64,000 bases of DNA, taken from Dicyema japonicum. Its lineage: Eukaryota > Animalia > Dicyemida. Of this stretch, positions 37,765-50,405 are shown one piece after another. The stretch's first letter is position 1, and each line of letters opens with the position of its first letter. The notes beneath the pieces are model-generated. The model saw nothing but the letters and a program-made list of their open reading frames with translations, was not told where the DNA came from and did not search any database. Location: positions 127,583 through 191,582 of the forward strand of contig RDEW01000036.1 of the NCBI GenBank assembly GCA_011109175.1. Direction: 5' to 3'. The position numbers were made by a program, and so were the translations under genes.

Positions 37765-38300
37765 CAAAAAAATCAATAAACTTGATATTTTTGTGTATGA
37801 CAAAACAAAGAAGGAAGTAACCTTAATCGAAGTGGGGATTACCTCACAAGACCGAATAAAGCAATTTGAAGTTGATAAACTTCACAAATATGACTTGCTT
37901 GCAAATTCACTTTCGCTGCTCTATGAATGCCAAGTGAAGATTATTCCAGTGGTTTTGACATGGGATGGAGTTGTCTCAAGATGCTTCGAGAATCATATGG
38001 ATAAATTATCTATTGAAGAACCAACGAGGACTTACATCCAATCGGTTGTGCTGAAGAGAACGCTCGAAAGTATGCTCATTGAACATAAGCATGGGATGAG
38101 GGTATACGATTAAGAGTACGCCTCTGCTACCTTTCAACTTGTGAAACTGGCATGCCGTGAGGACAGCCCACTGGACTCGAACGGAGATATTTTGACTGAA
38201 TCTGATGTGGAGATGGGGAGTAACAGGGATTTATGGCACACTTTTCTTCTAAGAGAAGAAGGATTACCAAAAATCTGGATCAAAATCCGCTTAATTAGTT
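37765..38300 (+). mobile_element. R4/Dong-like retrotransposon 3' end (REL endonuclease)
   Basis: NK(L)DIFVYDK..VTLIEVGITSQD...KLHKYDLLA...IIPVVLTWDG. Confidence 0.85.
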
Positions 38301-38760
38301 AATTTACTCGTTTGTAAATAAAAACAACGTGGTGGTGTTATGGTGAGTAATTGTATCATCATGGAGCGTCGTTCATATAATGGAGCAACACACATTACAC
38401 CCAAAAGACTGGACACTGCGGTTATGCTAATGCACGCAAATATAAACTTTTCTGCTTGTCTTGCGGTGACTTTTTCTACCTTGGATGCATAAAGATGTCT
38501 CAGTGGGCTGCGTGCTCGCTCTACCTGTGGAACTGCAGTGTCTGCATGGGCACTGGCCGGAAAACCCAGAGGATCATTCCAAACGAGCACGTCAAACCAA
38601 ATGAGCCTCTAAACTTCAATGATATGGACAACCTCTTGCTCTTCTTTTCGGATCTAAGGAAAGCCAGGAAGATCCCAATCAGGATCCCAAGAGCCGTCCG
38701 GATCCCCGCGGCTACATGCATGGCTCTGCAATTGACGATGCTCTCACGTCGACGACCTGG
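38300..38760 (-). pseudogene. Possible multi-pass membrane protein fragment
   Basis: GC-richer patch; overlapping frames give hydrophobic helices (ALGILIGIFLAFL, FGMILWVF, FIFACISITAVSSLLGVMCV). Family not established. Confidence 0.3.
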
Positions 38761-38824
38761 AGGCCTGGCTAAAACTCCTCAGTTTTGCTCGAAAATACTT
38801 AAAGATCGGTTTAAAATTTTTTAG

Positions 38825-39214
38825 CTAATCTTCAGGTTTTCATTAATGCTTTGCGCAAATATGACTGGATCTGATAAAAGAACTCCACTGATGATCGGAA
38901 AGTATAAGAAACCAAGGTGTTTCAAAAACATGAACGTTGATAAATATTTACAATACCACAATTCTTTAAAGGCTTGGATGAACATGCATATTTTAAACGA
39001 ATGGTTGTATAAATGGGAAATGAATCTCAAACAAAAACAAAGAAGGATACTTATGATTGTAGACCATTGTCTTTCTCACAAAATAACAATCGAATTAAGT
39101 ATGATAGAAGTTTTATATTTACCAAAAAACACGACGACTGTGCTTAAACCAATGGATCAAGGGATTATGATCGCGGATTCCATTCAAGAAGAGGAGTTTG
39201 TAGACTTTACGTAC
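38825..39214 (+). mobile_element. pogo/Tigger DDE transposase fragment
   Basis: LCANMTGSDKRTPLMIGKYKKPRCFKN..AWMN..LMIVDHC..LPKNTT..LKPMDQGI. Confidence 0.9.
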
Positions 39215-40560
39215 TCTGAATGGAAGTCCTTGAAAATCCGGAATCCCCGAATGGATTATAAAGTTGTGAGATTACTGATTATGCATTGGAAAGTGAAACT
39301 AATGTTGAATAATGAAAATATTCGTGATATTCAGTTTGAAAGGGGAATTTTGCAGGGGATAGTCTATCCCCCATGTTATTTGTCTCAGTGCTTGATTCAC
39401 TTAGCCGTTTATTGACATATAGGTATCCAAAAGTCTCCAGTTTACAGTCTGTCTCGTCATTCTCAACTATCATCTTATATTTATTGACGATTTAAAACTT
39501 ATTTCGACTAGTGAAGATGTTATTGTCAAGATGATGGAAGATGTTAATTTGTACTTCAGTGCTGTGGGGCTGGAAAGGAATCTAGAAAAGTCCGCTACAA
39601 ATGTCTTGTTGTTATCAGATGAAGCCAAGTTGTTAGAGGGAATGGATGGATATAAATACCTTGGTGTATTGGAAGGTCCTTCCGGACAAATTCAAAAGCC
39701 AGAAATGTTAAAAATTATTCGCAAGTAAACCAGAGAATTGAGAAACTGGTGAATACCAAACTAAATGCAGTGAATTTGTTTAAGGCTATTAACGAGCATG
39801 CTCTGTCTTTATATAACTATTATATTGGACTCATTAATGTGGAACCCTGTGAATACGATTTGATTGACTCAGCTATCCGCACCATATTGATTAAACATCG
39901 AGTCCATCTCAAACCTGCATGCAAGCAGAGGCTTTATTTAACGAGGAATTACCTTGGGAGAGGGCTACGCTCAATCTCTCTTCTAAGTGAGAAGATGTTA
40001 TATGGATTTTTTCATGATTTGAAATTCAGAAAAAAATCGAAAAGACTTCATTCAGTGCAAACAACTGTTGTGACTGAACTTGTGAAAATTCGTGTTGATC
40101 AACAATAGCTACTGATGCGAGAATAGAAAATAATAAGCCGGATATTTTCGTGTATGACAAAATCAAGAACATAATAACACTAATAGAAGTCGGAATAACC
40201 TCCCAGGATTCTTTGAAACATTTAGAAGTTGAGAAAGGCCGCAAGTACGATTTTCTCGCAAGTGAGCTGGGAATAATACACAAATCAAAAGTATACGTGG
40301 ACATAGTAGTTTTCACTTAGGATGGAAATTTTATAAACACTTTTTGAACCACTTAAATTTGGAATGCTTTGTAGGAGCCTACATGCAGACGGTAACGATC
40401 AAAAAACGATGGAAAGCGTTTTGGGCGGTCACGTTTGTATGTCGGAGTACTTGTCGAAATGAAAATGGAATTTTATGTTAACTAACTATTTTTGTTTGTT
40501 TACAAATTAACTAAATAATTGTTTAATGATTTACTATTATTATTTAAATTTAAATTAATA
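39215..40560 (+). mobile_element. R4/Dong-like retrotransposon RT and REL fragment
   Basis: RGILQGDSLSP, FIDDLK, YKYLGV, NAVNLFKAINEHA, NNKPDIFVYDK..LIEVGITSQD; 39215-39790 is near-identical to 49212-49793. Confidence 0.88.
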
Positions 40561-40739
40561 ATTTTTTTTGATAAACGTGCATCTCTATTGTGGGCGTTGA
40601 TGATTAGATATCGATGATAACATGATGTATCACCAAGATCTCTGAGCCCATCCTATACATGCTAGAATGTCTAAAACATAATAAGAGCTCCTTTCGCGAG
40701 TTCTCTTTGCAATAGAAAAAAATGGGTCACTTAAATAAT

Positions 40740-41470
40740 CATTTTTTTTTTATTTTTATGTATTTATTCTATTTTATTAATAAAAAGAGTTCAAAATTAA
40801 GGCATCTGAATGGCCATGCATTTCCCTAACATAGCCAACGAGATACGTTCTCGGAACCAACAGTCTCTCGCGGATCCTTGGTCACAGCTTGAATCATGGA
40901 GCCGATCTTACGAACCAACTCATCTGCTTGGGGGCCAAGGATTCCTGACGTTTCCACTGCGAATGGAACAAATATATACTCCTCCGAAATTCTCTGGTAC
41001 TTCCTCCTCTTTCGTTCCTCGGCCTGCTTCGAAGCATGTCCTGGTCTGAAGCAGAAGCAACCAAATTAGACGGGGAATAAGTATCAACACACGTCGCGTC
41101 CCAGATCAGGTTTCGTCCGTTGGCGAATGGAAAAGTCGTCATCCCATCAGGGCGTTTTCCATCGTTTCGAGAAAGACCAGCAGGTTCTAACAGGCAATGG
41201 TGTCCAGCAGAGGCAAGGGAATTCTTTAATGTCATGTTAAGGCAGGAGTGCCTGGGGAAACGACCCGCACTCATCTTGCATGACAAGGGATGATAACCAA
41301 AAGGATCGATCCAACGTCCACAGCGGCATTTTCTTTCGGCACACAATTTAAGACCAAGACGAAGCGAGGTAGCTATTCTCACAGCCTCATCATCCAACAG
41401 GTTTCCAATTTCGGCAGATGGAAAAGCGTTCATCCAGGCCCCCGTCGAGTGACAACTGGCTGTTTTGAGG
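40740..41470 (-). mobile_element. CRE-like 3' fragment
   Basis: GAWMNAFPS..LLDDEAVRIA..CRCG..HPLSC..GRFPRH..DGKRPDG..WDATCVDT; A-rich tail; near-identical to 52115-52764. Confidence 0.9.
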
Positions 41471-42224
41471 CAAGCAAGCCTTCTTATATCTTCCGTTAAA
41501 TAATCATTTTGTGGAATTAATATGTGCTGATGACATCGATTTTCGCCAAGATGTACGCTTACGCTTTCCCTCTGTCTGAATAACGATTACGCACAAATTG
41601 GTGTTCAACTCAAAACCGGAGACGATCTTGAGGATATTCGAAAACGCGTGAGGAACAGAGCTAGATGGAGAGGGCTGACTGGGAAGATAGTCGAGTGTAT
41701 GGCACGAGCGAAACCCTTGGTTTTACGTGCTTATGGCAACGCGGGAGTGCTGTTAACCAACTAAATGATTTCTGGTAAAATTAATTTCTTAATAGTGGTA
41801 AAACATGGTGATTTAGAATAATCTGACATTATCATTTATTACATAATATTATTATAAAGTGCGCATATTCAGAAATATATTAAGTATTAAAGCCATAGTT
41901 AACAACCTAATACGTCATAAATTATTACTCCTTAATTTATGTAGTGTGGAAGCTGGTTTGAAGCTCTTCAAAGTGGATCTTCCTTAAACATCGGAATGGT
42001 GCCATCATTCAATTAATCAAGCATATAATGATATTCAATGACTATACTTTGAAATGACAAGGTGGATATAAGATTTATAGAAAAAAGAAAGAAACAAAAA
42101 AAAATCAAAAAATTGCAATCAGGATTATCCTATTTTGTGACAATGTCAAGTATCCTTATCATTTGTAGAAAGAGTCATTAAAATTCTTAATATTGAAAAA
42201 CGATAGGAACTTTAATTACATTTG

Positions 42225-44170
42225 TTTTTTTACCCCAAGATCACCGGATTAGAAAAAGTTAAAAGTTAACTAATAACTATGTGATCCGGTTTTCCGGGTT
42301 CTGGCTTTCGTTCGGGTCCTCGAAGATCCAATAGAATTGGTAGAAACAGGGACGGTCTCATTCTCATAAATTCCCCGCATTTTCTAGATAGTCAGATATA
42401 GAGAGTGAAAGCGGACAGTCGGTTTTCATTGCCCATTGTAGAAATGACTTCACTCTCCACCTTAGGTGTTTTTTAACATTCAACACGTTATCCACAGTTT
42501 TCTTATTTATTATTTTCAAGGCAGCAAGTTGTGCGGCTTCTAATTTTTGAGACGACGATTTAGAAATCATCGAGCTCCAGGAAGTACATGCGTATTCGAT
42601 TACTGGCAGTATGTATTGTCTGTATGTTTCTGTAGTACGAAGGTGTTGCGCCCGGTTGGTATCGGGACAAAATTTTCAATATGTTGGTCTTCCTCTTGAC
42701 TTGCTAGTAACTTTATTGACGTGTTGGTCAATGTCAAGAGTATGTCCAACTTTAATCCTAGTATTGTTGGAGACTTATTCAAACAATTTGATTTTGGGAG
42801 AGTATAATGTTCTTCTATATGTTGAGAAAATTGTTATAAACGACTTTCCTGTGAAACTTCCAGTCGATTTGATATTAACCAATGTTCCAACATACCAATA
42901 TAACTTTGAAGTTTTATCCCTGCCTTCTCATAGTTAGAGTCTCTCGTCGCAAGAACAATGTCATCTGCGTATGAGAGTATCAATGTATCGGGATCGTCAT
43001 TGATGGGAAGGTCATTGGTGTACAGGTTGAAGAGCAGGGGAGAGAGAGGTGAACCTTGAGGGACACCATTCGGCAATAAACAGGATGTAGATTTTCTGTT
43101 GTCTGACATCACTTGTCCTTTCTTCCATTCAAAAAGTTCGACAGCCATCTTTTAATGTTTGGATTCATACGAGTGTTAGAAATTTTCTCTATTAGCAGCG
43201 TCCGGGACACAGATCGAATGCTTTCTTCAAGTCTATTGAAGCCATTATGTCCTTTTAAGTGGTTTTGGATAGAGAATCCATCAGATATATATTGAGTTAA
43301 TTTTGTTAAGTGAGTCGTAGTAGAATGATTTTCACGGAATCCATGCTGGAATACTCGATTTGGTACAATATCTTTGATTAGTGTTAATATTAATTTTCTA
43401 AAATTCGGGACATCGCACACAATATTGCAATTGGACAATAAAAGAGGGATCGTTTGCAGGTTTGTTTGGCTTCCGAATTGGCAGAATTATGGATTTCTTC
43501 CATATAGATGGTATCATATTATTTTCACAGATAGAGTATAAACGTATGATAGGAATTCGGTTGCTTTTTCACCAAGGTGTTTCAGTTCCATCATCGAGAC
43601 ATTGTCAGCACCTCGGGAACGGGAGTTTTTGACATCCATGATTGCGTTTCGAACTTCTTGCGGAGTAAAGACAATCAAATCATATGATGGATACAACTTC
43701 TTCTCGTAGACTCTGTGTTCCCTCGAGAAATTTTTATGGCTATTGCGACATAGTGTCTCATTAAAATATTTGGGTCGATGTTGCTACATCCCTGTCCGTG
43801 GAAGGCTTTCTCAGAGCCTTCATTGCAACGTCTCAAATATTTAATTTTCCTCCAAATCAGCGTCTCGGATGTATTTAGCGATAGAGAATCAATAAGTGAT
43901 GTCCATCGCTTCTTGATTCTAGACTGGGTAACTTATTTAATTTGTATATTTAGGGTTTCATTTTTTGGAAATCGTAATTTGATAATTCCTTTTGCTTCGT
44001 TAATTTATTTCTTTCTCTGATAAGTGTTTTTGTATGCATATTATAATATGTATTCCTTGTTTGATCCCATTGGAATAAATAGTTTTCTTGTTTGGAGAAT
44101 AATGTCCGTGAAAGTTTTGATCATGTAGTCACTTGATGAGAATACCAATGTGTAAAATACTTCCATATTG
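42225..44170 (-). mobile_element. Jockey/I-like LINE, degenerate RT to 3' end
   Basis: SRGADNVSM.ELK, QHGFRENHSTT, GVPQGSPLSPLLFNLY, SYADD, PTILGLKLD, KLEAAQLAALK; structured 3' UTR and A tail near 42230. Confidence 0.9.
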
Positions 44171-44239
44171 GTGTCGATGTAATTTGGACCAATCTGCGCT
44201 TTCAAAATTTAAAAAAGTGGAATTCTGCCTGATAAATTT

Positions 44240-45387
44240 ATTTTCTAAAATCTTTGAGCTCATTTTTAGTCAAAATTATTAATTTTATTTTTTAATTAAA
44301 TATTCGCTTCATTTAACGAATTTAAAGCAAAATTAAAAAATAGCATGACACAAAAAATTTTGCTCACTTTTGTCATGAATTCTAAATGGAGGTTATGTGC
44401 GGTTCCCGAAAAAAACATTTATCATATTTCGTAAAAGGGATGATTATTGGCCATTTTAATAAGGAAAAACCATCAGAGAAATTTTCCACATTCTCAATTT
44501 ATTATTTTCAACTGTTTCGTTTAACATCAGTAAATATCGTAATTTGGATCAATTTCTCGACAGCCTGGATCAGGAAGTTTGCCGAAATTAAATTTAATAC
44601 ATGCTGAATTTTTATATACTGAATCCAAAAGTCAACCGACGTTGTTGGCGCCAGAATTACTTGCAATAACTAAGGAAAAATTATGTATTACCGTTTTCCC
44701 ACGGACAATTACCAGAACATTAAATCGAAATGGATTAGACTATAGACATGCTAAAAGAAAGCCATTTATATCCCAACAAAATATTGATTTGAGCTGGACT
44801 ATTTCAAAAAAATTTATTTCCCTGTCGGGTGAGACATGGAAATCGGTAATATTTTCCGATGAATCTGTTTTCAATGTTTTATCTAACACGAAACATCAAC
44901 TTATTTATAATAAAAAATACAGCCTTTCAAACTGTCAATTTACTTTCCACTGTAAAGTTTGGAGGAGGCCGAGTTATGATTTGGGGGTGTATTCCATATA
45001 ACGGTGTCGGCAATATTGTTTTTGTATATCAAAACATGAATAGTGCATGTTATATTAATTTATTAGCCAATAATCTACAACAATCTGCATAAAAAATGGG
45101 CCTAACATCAATTATTTTGTAGCAAGACAACGCTCCATGCCATACATCTCGCATGGTCAAAAAATTTTTTGAAAGAGAAAAATATCAAATTCTTGATTGG
45201 CCGTCACCAGAACTCAACTTCATAGAGCATGTATTTTTGCTTTAAATTCGTTAATTAAAGCGAATATTTAATTTTAGAAAAATAAAAGTAATAAATTAGA
45301 CTAAAAATGATCTCAAAGATTTTAATTTTATAATTTTCAAATAAAAAGCATGAAAATATTGATGAACAAATTCATTGACCGGTACTG
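44240..45387 (+). mobile_element. Tc1-family transposon (degenerate)
   Basis: WKSVIFSDES, TVKFGGGRVMIWGC, QDNAPCH, WPSPELNFIE; long inverted repeats about 44245-44333 versus 45235-45325; terminal ...gtactg+TA. Confidence 0.92.
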
Positions 45388-45419
45388 TACATTGACAGTA
45401 TTTATAGTTTTCTTAAGAA

Positions 45420-45830
45420 TTCTAATATTTATGCCAATTAGTTCCAAATCTTCTGGATAGTGTTTTCAAATTTTGTTTGAAATATCTTCATATTGAATTC
45501 CATTTCTTATTAGTGTCATTAGTTCTCCACCAAGCTTAATCTTTCTGACTTTACGGATAACGGAGTATCCAGGAAAGGTTGGATGGGGTTCGTATGTTTG
45601 CTTGTGCTTTGTCTCTTGGACTAGAACAATATCAATTTCATTACTATTGAGTAAGTGGCGGACTTTCAGCACCTTGTTTTGTATTCCCTTAATATTGATC
45701 TGGACCAGGTTGATTTCAGGGCCTGGGTTGAATTCGACGTCACCACACAAAATTATAGCGTACCTGGAAAACCATCCTCCTTCATGAATGGGGAAAGTGT
45801 AGTTCTTTTTTAACATCATGTGATGCATAA
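45420..45830 (-). mobile_element. LINE APE-endonuclease N-terminal fragment
   Basis: LCGDVEFNPGP..VQINIKGIQNK..DIVLVQETK..GYSVIRK..GGELMTLIR. Confidence 0.85.
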
Positions 45831-45869
45831 CACCACCATACAGGTGAACCACGCGGCATTTTTTAACAT

Positions 45870-45965
45870 AGTCATTATAATTAACATAGTCAACCATCCA
45901 AAGTGGATCCCGCCGACATTATCGACGTTGCGTTGCCTCTCATGATTGCAACAGAGATTTATCTT
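45870..45965 (-). mobile_element. CRE-like terminus nearly identical to 19199-19280
   Basis: atctctgttgcaatc(c/a)tgagaggcaacgcaac(a/g)tcgataatgtcggcg shared on opposite strands. Confidence 0.8.
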
Positions 45966-47078
45966 GATTTGTATAATCTGACAGCACTTTGGATTTGCAT
46001 TTATTATAATGGTTTGCATTAGAGATCTTCATAAGCCTGCTGATGTGATTACTGATTTGAGGTGAGCTCTGTGGAAAAACTCAAGACTGTCTATTTCCGA
46101 TTAGAGATTCCCCAAGTCACAGAGTTGTAGGTTAGTACCGGGATGACAAAATCTTTTATATTCTAAGCCTGGTGTTTAGTCCTATTTTCTTCTTTGTATC
46201 CATATTGACGAATATTTTTTTTCAGTGCACTCATTGCAAAAATCTTCCTACGAGTAACATCTTCAGAGTCTCCTAGAAGCGAGCCAACTTTCTTTTGCCT
46301 TCTCCGTGACTCGTCCGATCTCTGATCATTACTTGTAAGCGTTGTAAACTCAGTTTTGTCTGGATTTACGGATAAGAACTACTTTGAAAATATGTGTGGG
46401 AGTACGCTGAGCATGTTCTGAAGTGTTATAATTATACGACAATAATTATACATCCCATTATTATGGCTAACCAGTATTTTAAATCACGCTAGTTAAATTA
46501 TCGTGGAATTATACGACCATGTAACACGGGATTCTGCAGAATAAACTTTTCAGCATAACGGTACCTCAAATATGGTTTCGACCATCGCCTAATTCTGAAA
46601 AAAAGACATTTTATTTTTATATACTCAATTTTCAAACGAGGCTATTAAACCTTTTAGATTGACTTAGTATTTATAAACGGTTCGTATATTTAAAATCGCC
46701 GATCGTACCAAAATTTTTGGTTACAAAAAGATATTTCTAAATATCCTATTTTATGCTAGCACTTCTGAGAGGGAATAGCCACGTAGTCAGGGCGATTTCA
46801 ATATTGTCCTTGAATTGATTGTTGGACAATTTTTTCAAAATAAATTTTTTTAATGCCAAAAATATAGGAAATATTGCTTTATAGTGGCTATAGAGCAAGT
46901 TACCGTTCACAGATCTGATTAAATGTGTCTCAAATGAAGTGTCAATTTTGTAAATGAATTACGTCAAATTTCGTAATATAAGATTATCAAATTGCTGAAA
47001 CTGAAAACCAACCTGAAATACAATAGGTCATAAAATTTATAAATAGAAAGATTTAATGCCAACTATCATTATCGTCGA

Positions 47079-47821
47079 ATGTCTCTCAGGAAAGGAATAA
47101 TTATAACCAATATCATAGTTTTGACTGTAAGATTGTAGATCACTCCCAATAGATTGGTACAGCAATGTCATTCTATGCTGGTTCGGTGCTTATGGATTAT
47201 TATCGTAATGACAAACTACTCTCTATTTGGACATTCAAAACATTTGGAATCATCCTCCTCACCACTGGAGCAGTCTCATTTTTAGGAATGGTCACCGGAA
47301 TTGGTGCCCTCTCCAAAAACAAGATCGCACGTTCATCAGTATGATTGGTATTTTGAGGTTTAGTATGCTATATCACTTGTTTTCGTTATCATTTGTGTTG
47401 TAGCTTTGACCACCATTTTTATAATATACAGAGATACTGTTTTTGTTAATGATTATTCTTTTAGCTTTTCGATGAATTAAAAGAAAGATTCGACCTTGGA
47501 GTCTACAATTTCAATGATTATAAGAACCAGATGGATTACTGGCAAAGTTCCTTTAAATGCTGTGGAAGTAGTTCTTACAAGGATTACAACATCCCTTTAC
47601 CGTCAACTTGTTGTAAGATCAGATTTTGTTCAAATCGAGAAGCGTTTAAAATGGTAATCTAAATTAATAAAAGCAGGGTTGCGCCAGTAAAATTAGTCAC
47701 GTGGTCTACAAGTATGAAGTCTATTACTTTGTTTTCTCAGGAATTATTTTCTCGATATTAGTTTGCCTATTATTTTACACGTATTTAGATTTTGGGGTTC
47801 TTCAATGTTTTTAAAAATTAA
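47079..47821 (+). CDS. Tetraspanin, copy 2 (6 exons)
   Basis: Same five intron positions; MSLRKGIII...YWQSSFKCCG..LPSTCC..C..|GC...NVFKN*. A 1-nt indel relative to copy 3 shortens the C-tail. Confidence 0.92.
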
Positions 47822-47939
47822 TCGGATTAATTATTCCTTTAATTAATAAATTTAATTTAAAAATAAACCTAAAGTCAGAATTAAACTATTTAAAATTAAT
47901 TGGCTGTATTAATTTATTCTCTTTCGTTTTGAACCATTC

Positions 47940-49793
47940 CTTATCTCTCTAACTGCAATCTTTTGGTCACCATCACCAATCTGATCTTCACTCCAGCATT
48001 TTTGCTCCATGGGCACGATTCCGTCATCCTTAACTTGTAGAGACTTTCGTTGTAAATGAATAACCTCACTATATCACTCTCTTGAAAGTTCCTCCCATGT
48101 CGGTGCTCCACCAACATGCTTTCAAGAGTTTTATTTAACTGAATATATGCACTCGGAATTATATCCACATTCAAAACATATGACTTGTAGAACTTACAAT
48201 TCCATCCCAAGTCAAAACAATATGAATAATTTTAACTTTCGCATTGTATATTTGAGACAACTCTCCAGCGAGGAAGTCATATTTGTGAAGTTTTTCTACC
48301 TCACCACCTTCAGCATCTCCTGAGAAGTGATTCCAACCTCTACTAAAGTAATCTCACTTGTCCTTTTATCAAAAACAAATATGTCCGGCTTGTTATGCTG
48401 TACTTTGACATCCGTCATTAGCGTCGTATCGACTCGGATCTCAACATTCTCAGTTGTTACTTGGACTAAGTAAATCTTCAGTCTTCAGTTTCTTTGAATA
48501 TTTGATTCCATATTTACGACACAGGTTTAAATGAATACATCTCACCACCTCATTGTGACGTCGTATGTAATCACAATTTAACATCCTATTGCATCTCGTT
48601 GGCAAATGACCGACTGTTTTGGTAGATCTACAATGATTGTAATTCGATCCTTTTTCTTCAAAGAACAAATTAAATAACACCTGGCTCCACAAAAAAGGGC
48701 CTTGACATATAACAAAAACTCGATGATACAGCTCGCTAGTGAAATCCATACTACTGTATAACGCTGGTATCTGGGTCTGCTCAAAAAATAAACTGAAGAG
48801 GCTTAATGCGATTCATAGAGACCAACTACGGCATATGATGTTGGAAAGAAGTGACACAAAAATGTCATCTAATCTTTTTTTATAAGAGGACGAATACCAA
48901 TATGAAGTATGATGATGCTTTGTGTGCTTATGCATACAAGTCAAAAAAAGGAGATCTTGATAGAGTGTTGTGTACAATTAATGAAGAGATTAGTATTGCT
49001 GAAAAAAGATTAGGATGCACAAGTCCAGATAGGAATTTCGAAGAGACAATTTATGCTTTGAGCTTAATAGAAGGCGATTTTATAGGAAAATGAGAGAAGA
49101 CCGCTGTTCAGGCACTAGTCAATAAATCACTTAATAAAGTAAATGGAGGTGGATTATATGACGCATGGATTGACGTCAAAAAAGTATTTGACTCGGTTGA
49201 CCACAACTTTTTAATGGAAGTCCTTGAATAATCCGGAATCCCCGAATGGATTATTAAAGTTGTGAGATTACTGATTATGGATTGGAAAGTGAAACTAATG
49301 TTGAATAATGAAAATATTCGTGATATTCAGATTGAAAGGGAATTTTGCAGGGGGATAGTCTATCCCCCATGTTATTTGTCTCAGTGCTTGATTCACTTAG
49401 CCGTTTATTGACATATAAGTATCCAAAAGTCTCCGTTTCACAGTCTGTCTCGTCATTTTCAACTATCATCTTTTATTTATTGACGATTTAAAACTTAATT
49501 CGACTAGTGAAGATGTTATTGTCAAGATGATGGAAGATGTTAATTTGTACTTCAGTGCTGTGTGACTGGAAAGAAATCTAGAAAAGTCCGCTACAAATGG
49601 CTTGTTGTAATCAGATGAAGCCAAGTTGTTAAAGGGAATGGATGAATATAAATACCTCGGTGTATTGGAAGGTCCTTCCGGACAAATTCAAAACCCAGAA
49701 ATGTTAAAAATAATTTATTCGCAAGTAAACCAGAGAATTTAGAAATTGGTGAATACCAAACTAAATGCAGTGAATTTGTTTAAGGCTATTAAC
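47940..49793. mobile_element. R4/Dong-like retrotransposon with inverted halves
   Basis: Minus strand 47940-48720: CNRML..DYIRRHNEVVRCIH, HNKPDIFVFDK..LVEVGITSQ. Plus strand 48780-49793: WIDVKKVFDSVDH, GDSLSP, FIDDLK. Confidence 0.85.
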
Positions 49794-50268
49794 AAAACCT
49801 TTAGTCGACTAACCATAAAAGACGAGAACGGTAAGCTGATACTGAACACCGAAGAACAACCTGAAGCTATCGCGGCTCACTTTGAGAAGCTTTCAACATC
49901 AAAACCATTGAATTCCACGAACAAAAGACACCATCACGAAGCTGCTGAGGCATATCTTGGAAAAAAGGAGAATAGTAAAATGCACCTGAAGGCTATTCAT
50001 CCTGATGTTACTGAGCTTGCGAAAAGTTTAAAAAAATAAATATGAGAAAATCAAATGTCACTGACGCTAATACAATAAAAGCCATTCATGGCGAAAGGCA
50101 ACGTGTCAGAAGAAAAATAAAAGGTCTGAACAAAAGCTTTTCCTAGAAGAAATAGCTTTTTGTATAGAAGAGGTAAACAAAGTGAAAGACAAGGCACGGG
50201 TGTACGTCGTTGCCCGTTTGCTGCGGAGAACAAAACCTTTAGTCGACTAACCATAAAAGACGAGAACG
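49791..50268 (+). mobile_element. Circularly permuted RTE-like linker fragment bounded by 40-bp direct repeats
   Basis: aacaaaacctttagtcgactaaccataaaagacgagaacg at 49791 and 50229. Confidence 0.8.
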
Positions 50269-50269
50269 T

Positions 50270-50405
50270 AAACCGGATCACCTCATGCACTGGAGATCTC
50301 CGTGAACGCCGCTGGCTATTTGAGCGAATTTCGCTCGCAATTTTGAAAGGGAACAGCCACGCAGTGAGGGCGGCAACTACCTGACTTCTATTGTTTAATA
50401 AATTT
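50270..50405 (+). mobile_element. CRE-like 3' end, near-identical to 37621-37755
   Basis: aaaccggatcacctcatgcactggagatctccgtgaacg...gcggcaactacctgacttc. Confidence 0.9.

Noticed and set aside
38846-39415. Transposase-RT fusion protein
   Set aside because: Chance read-through across two truncated elements; both parts are incomplete and frameshifted.
46690-46730. snRNA or spliced-leader RNA with an Sm site (aatttttgg)
   Set aside because: No U1/U2/U4/U5 signature or leader donor nearby; the motif is common in AT-rich DNA.
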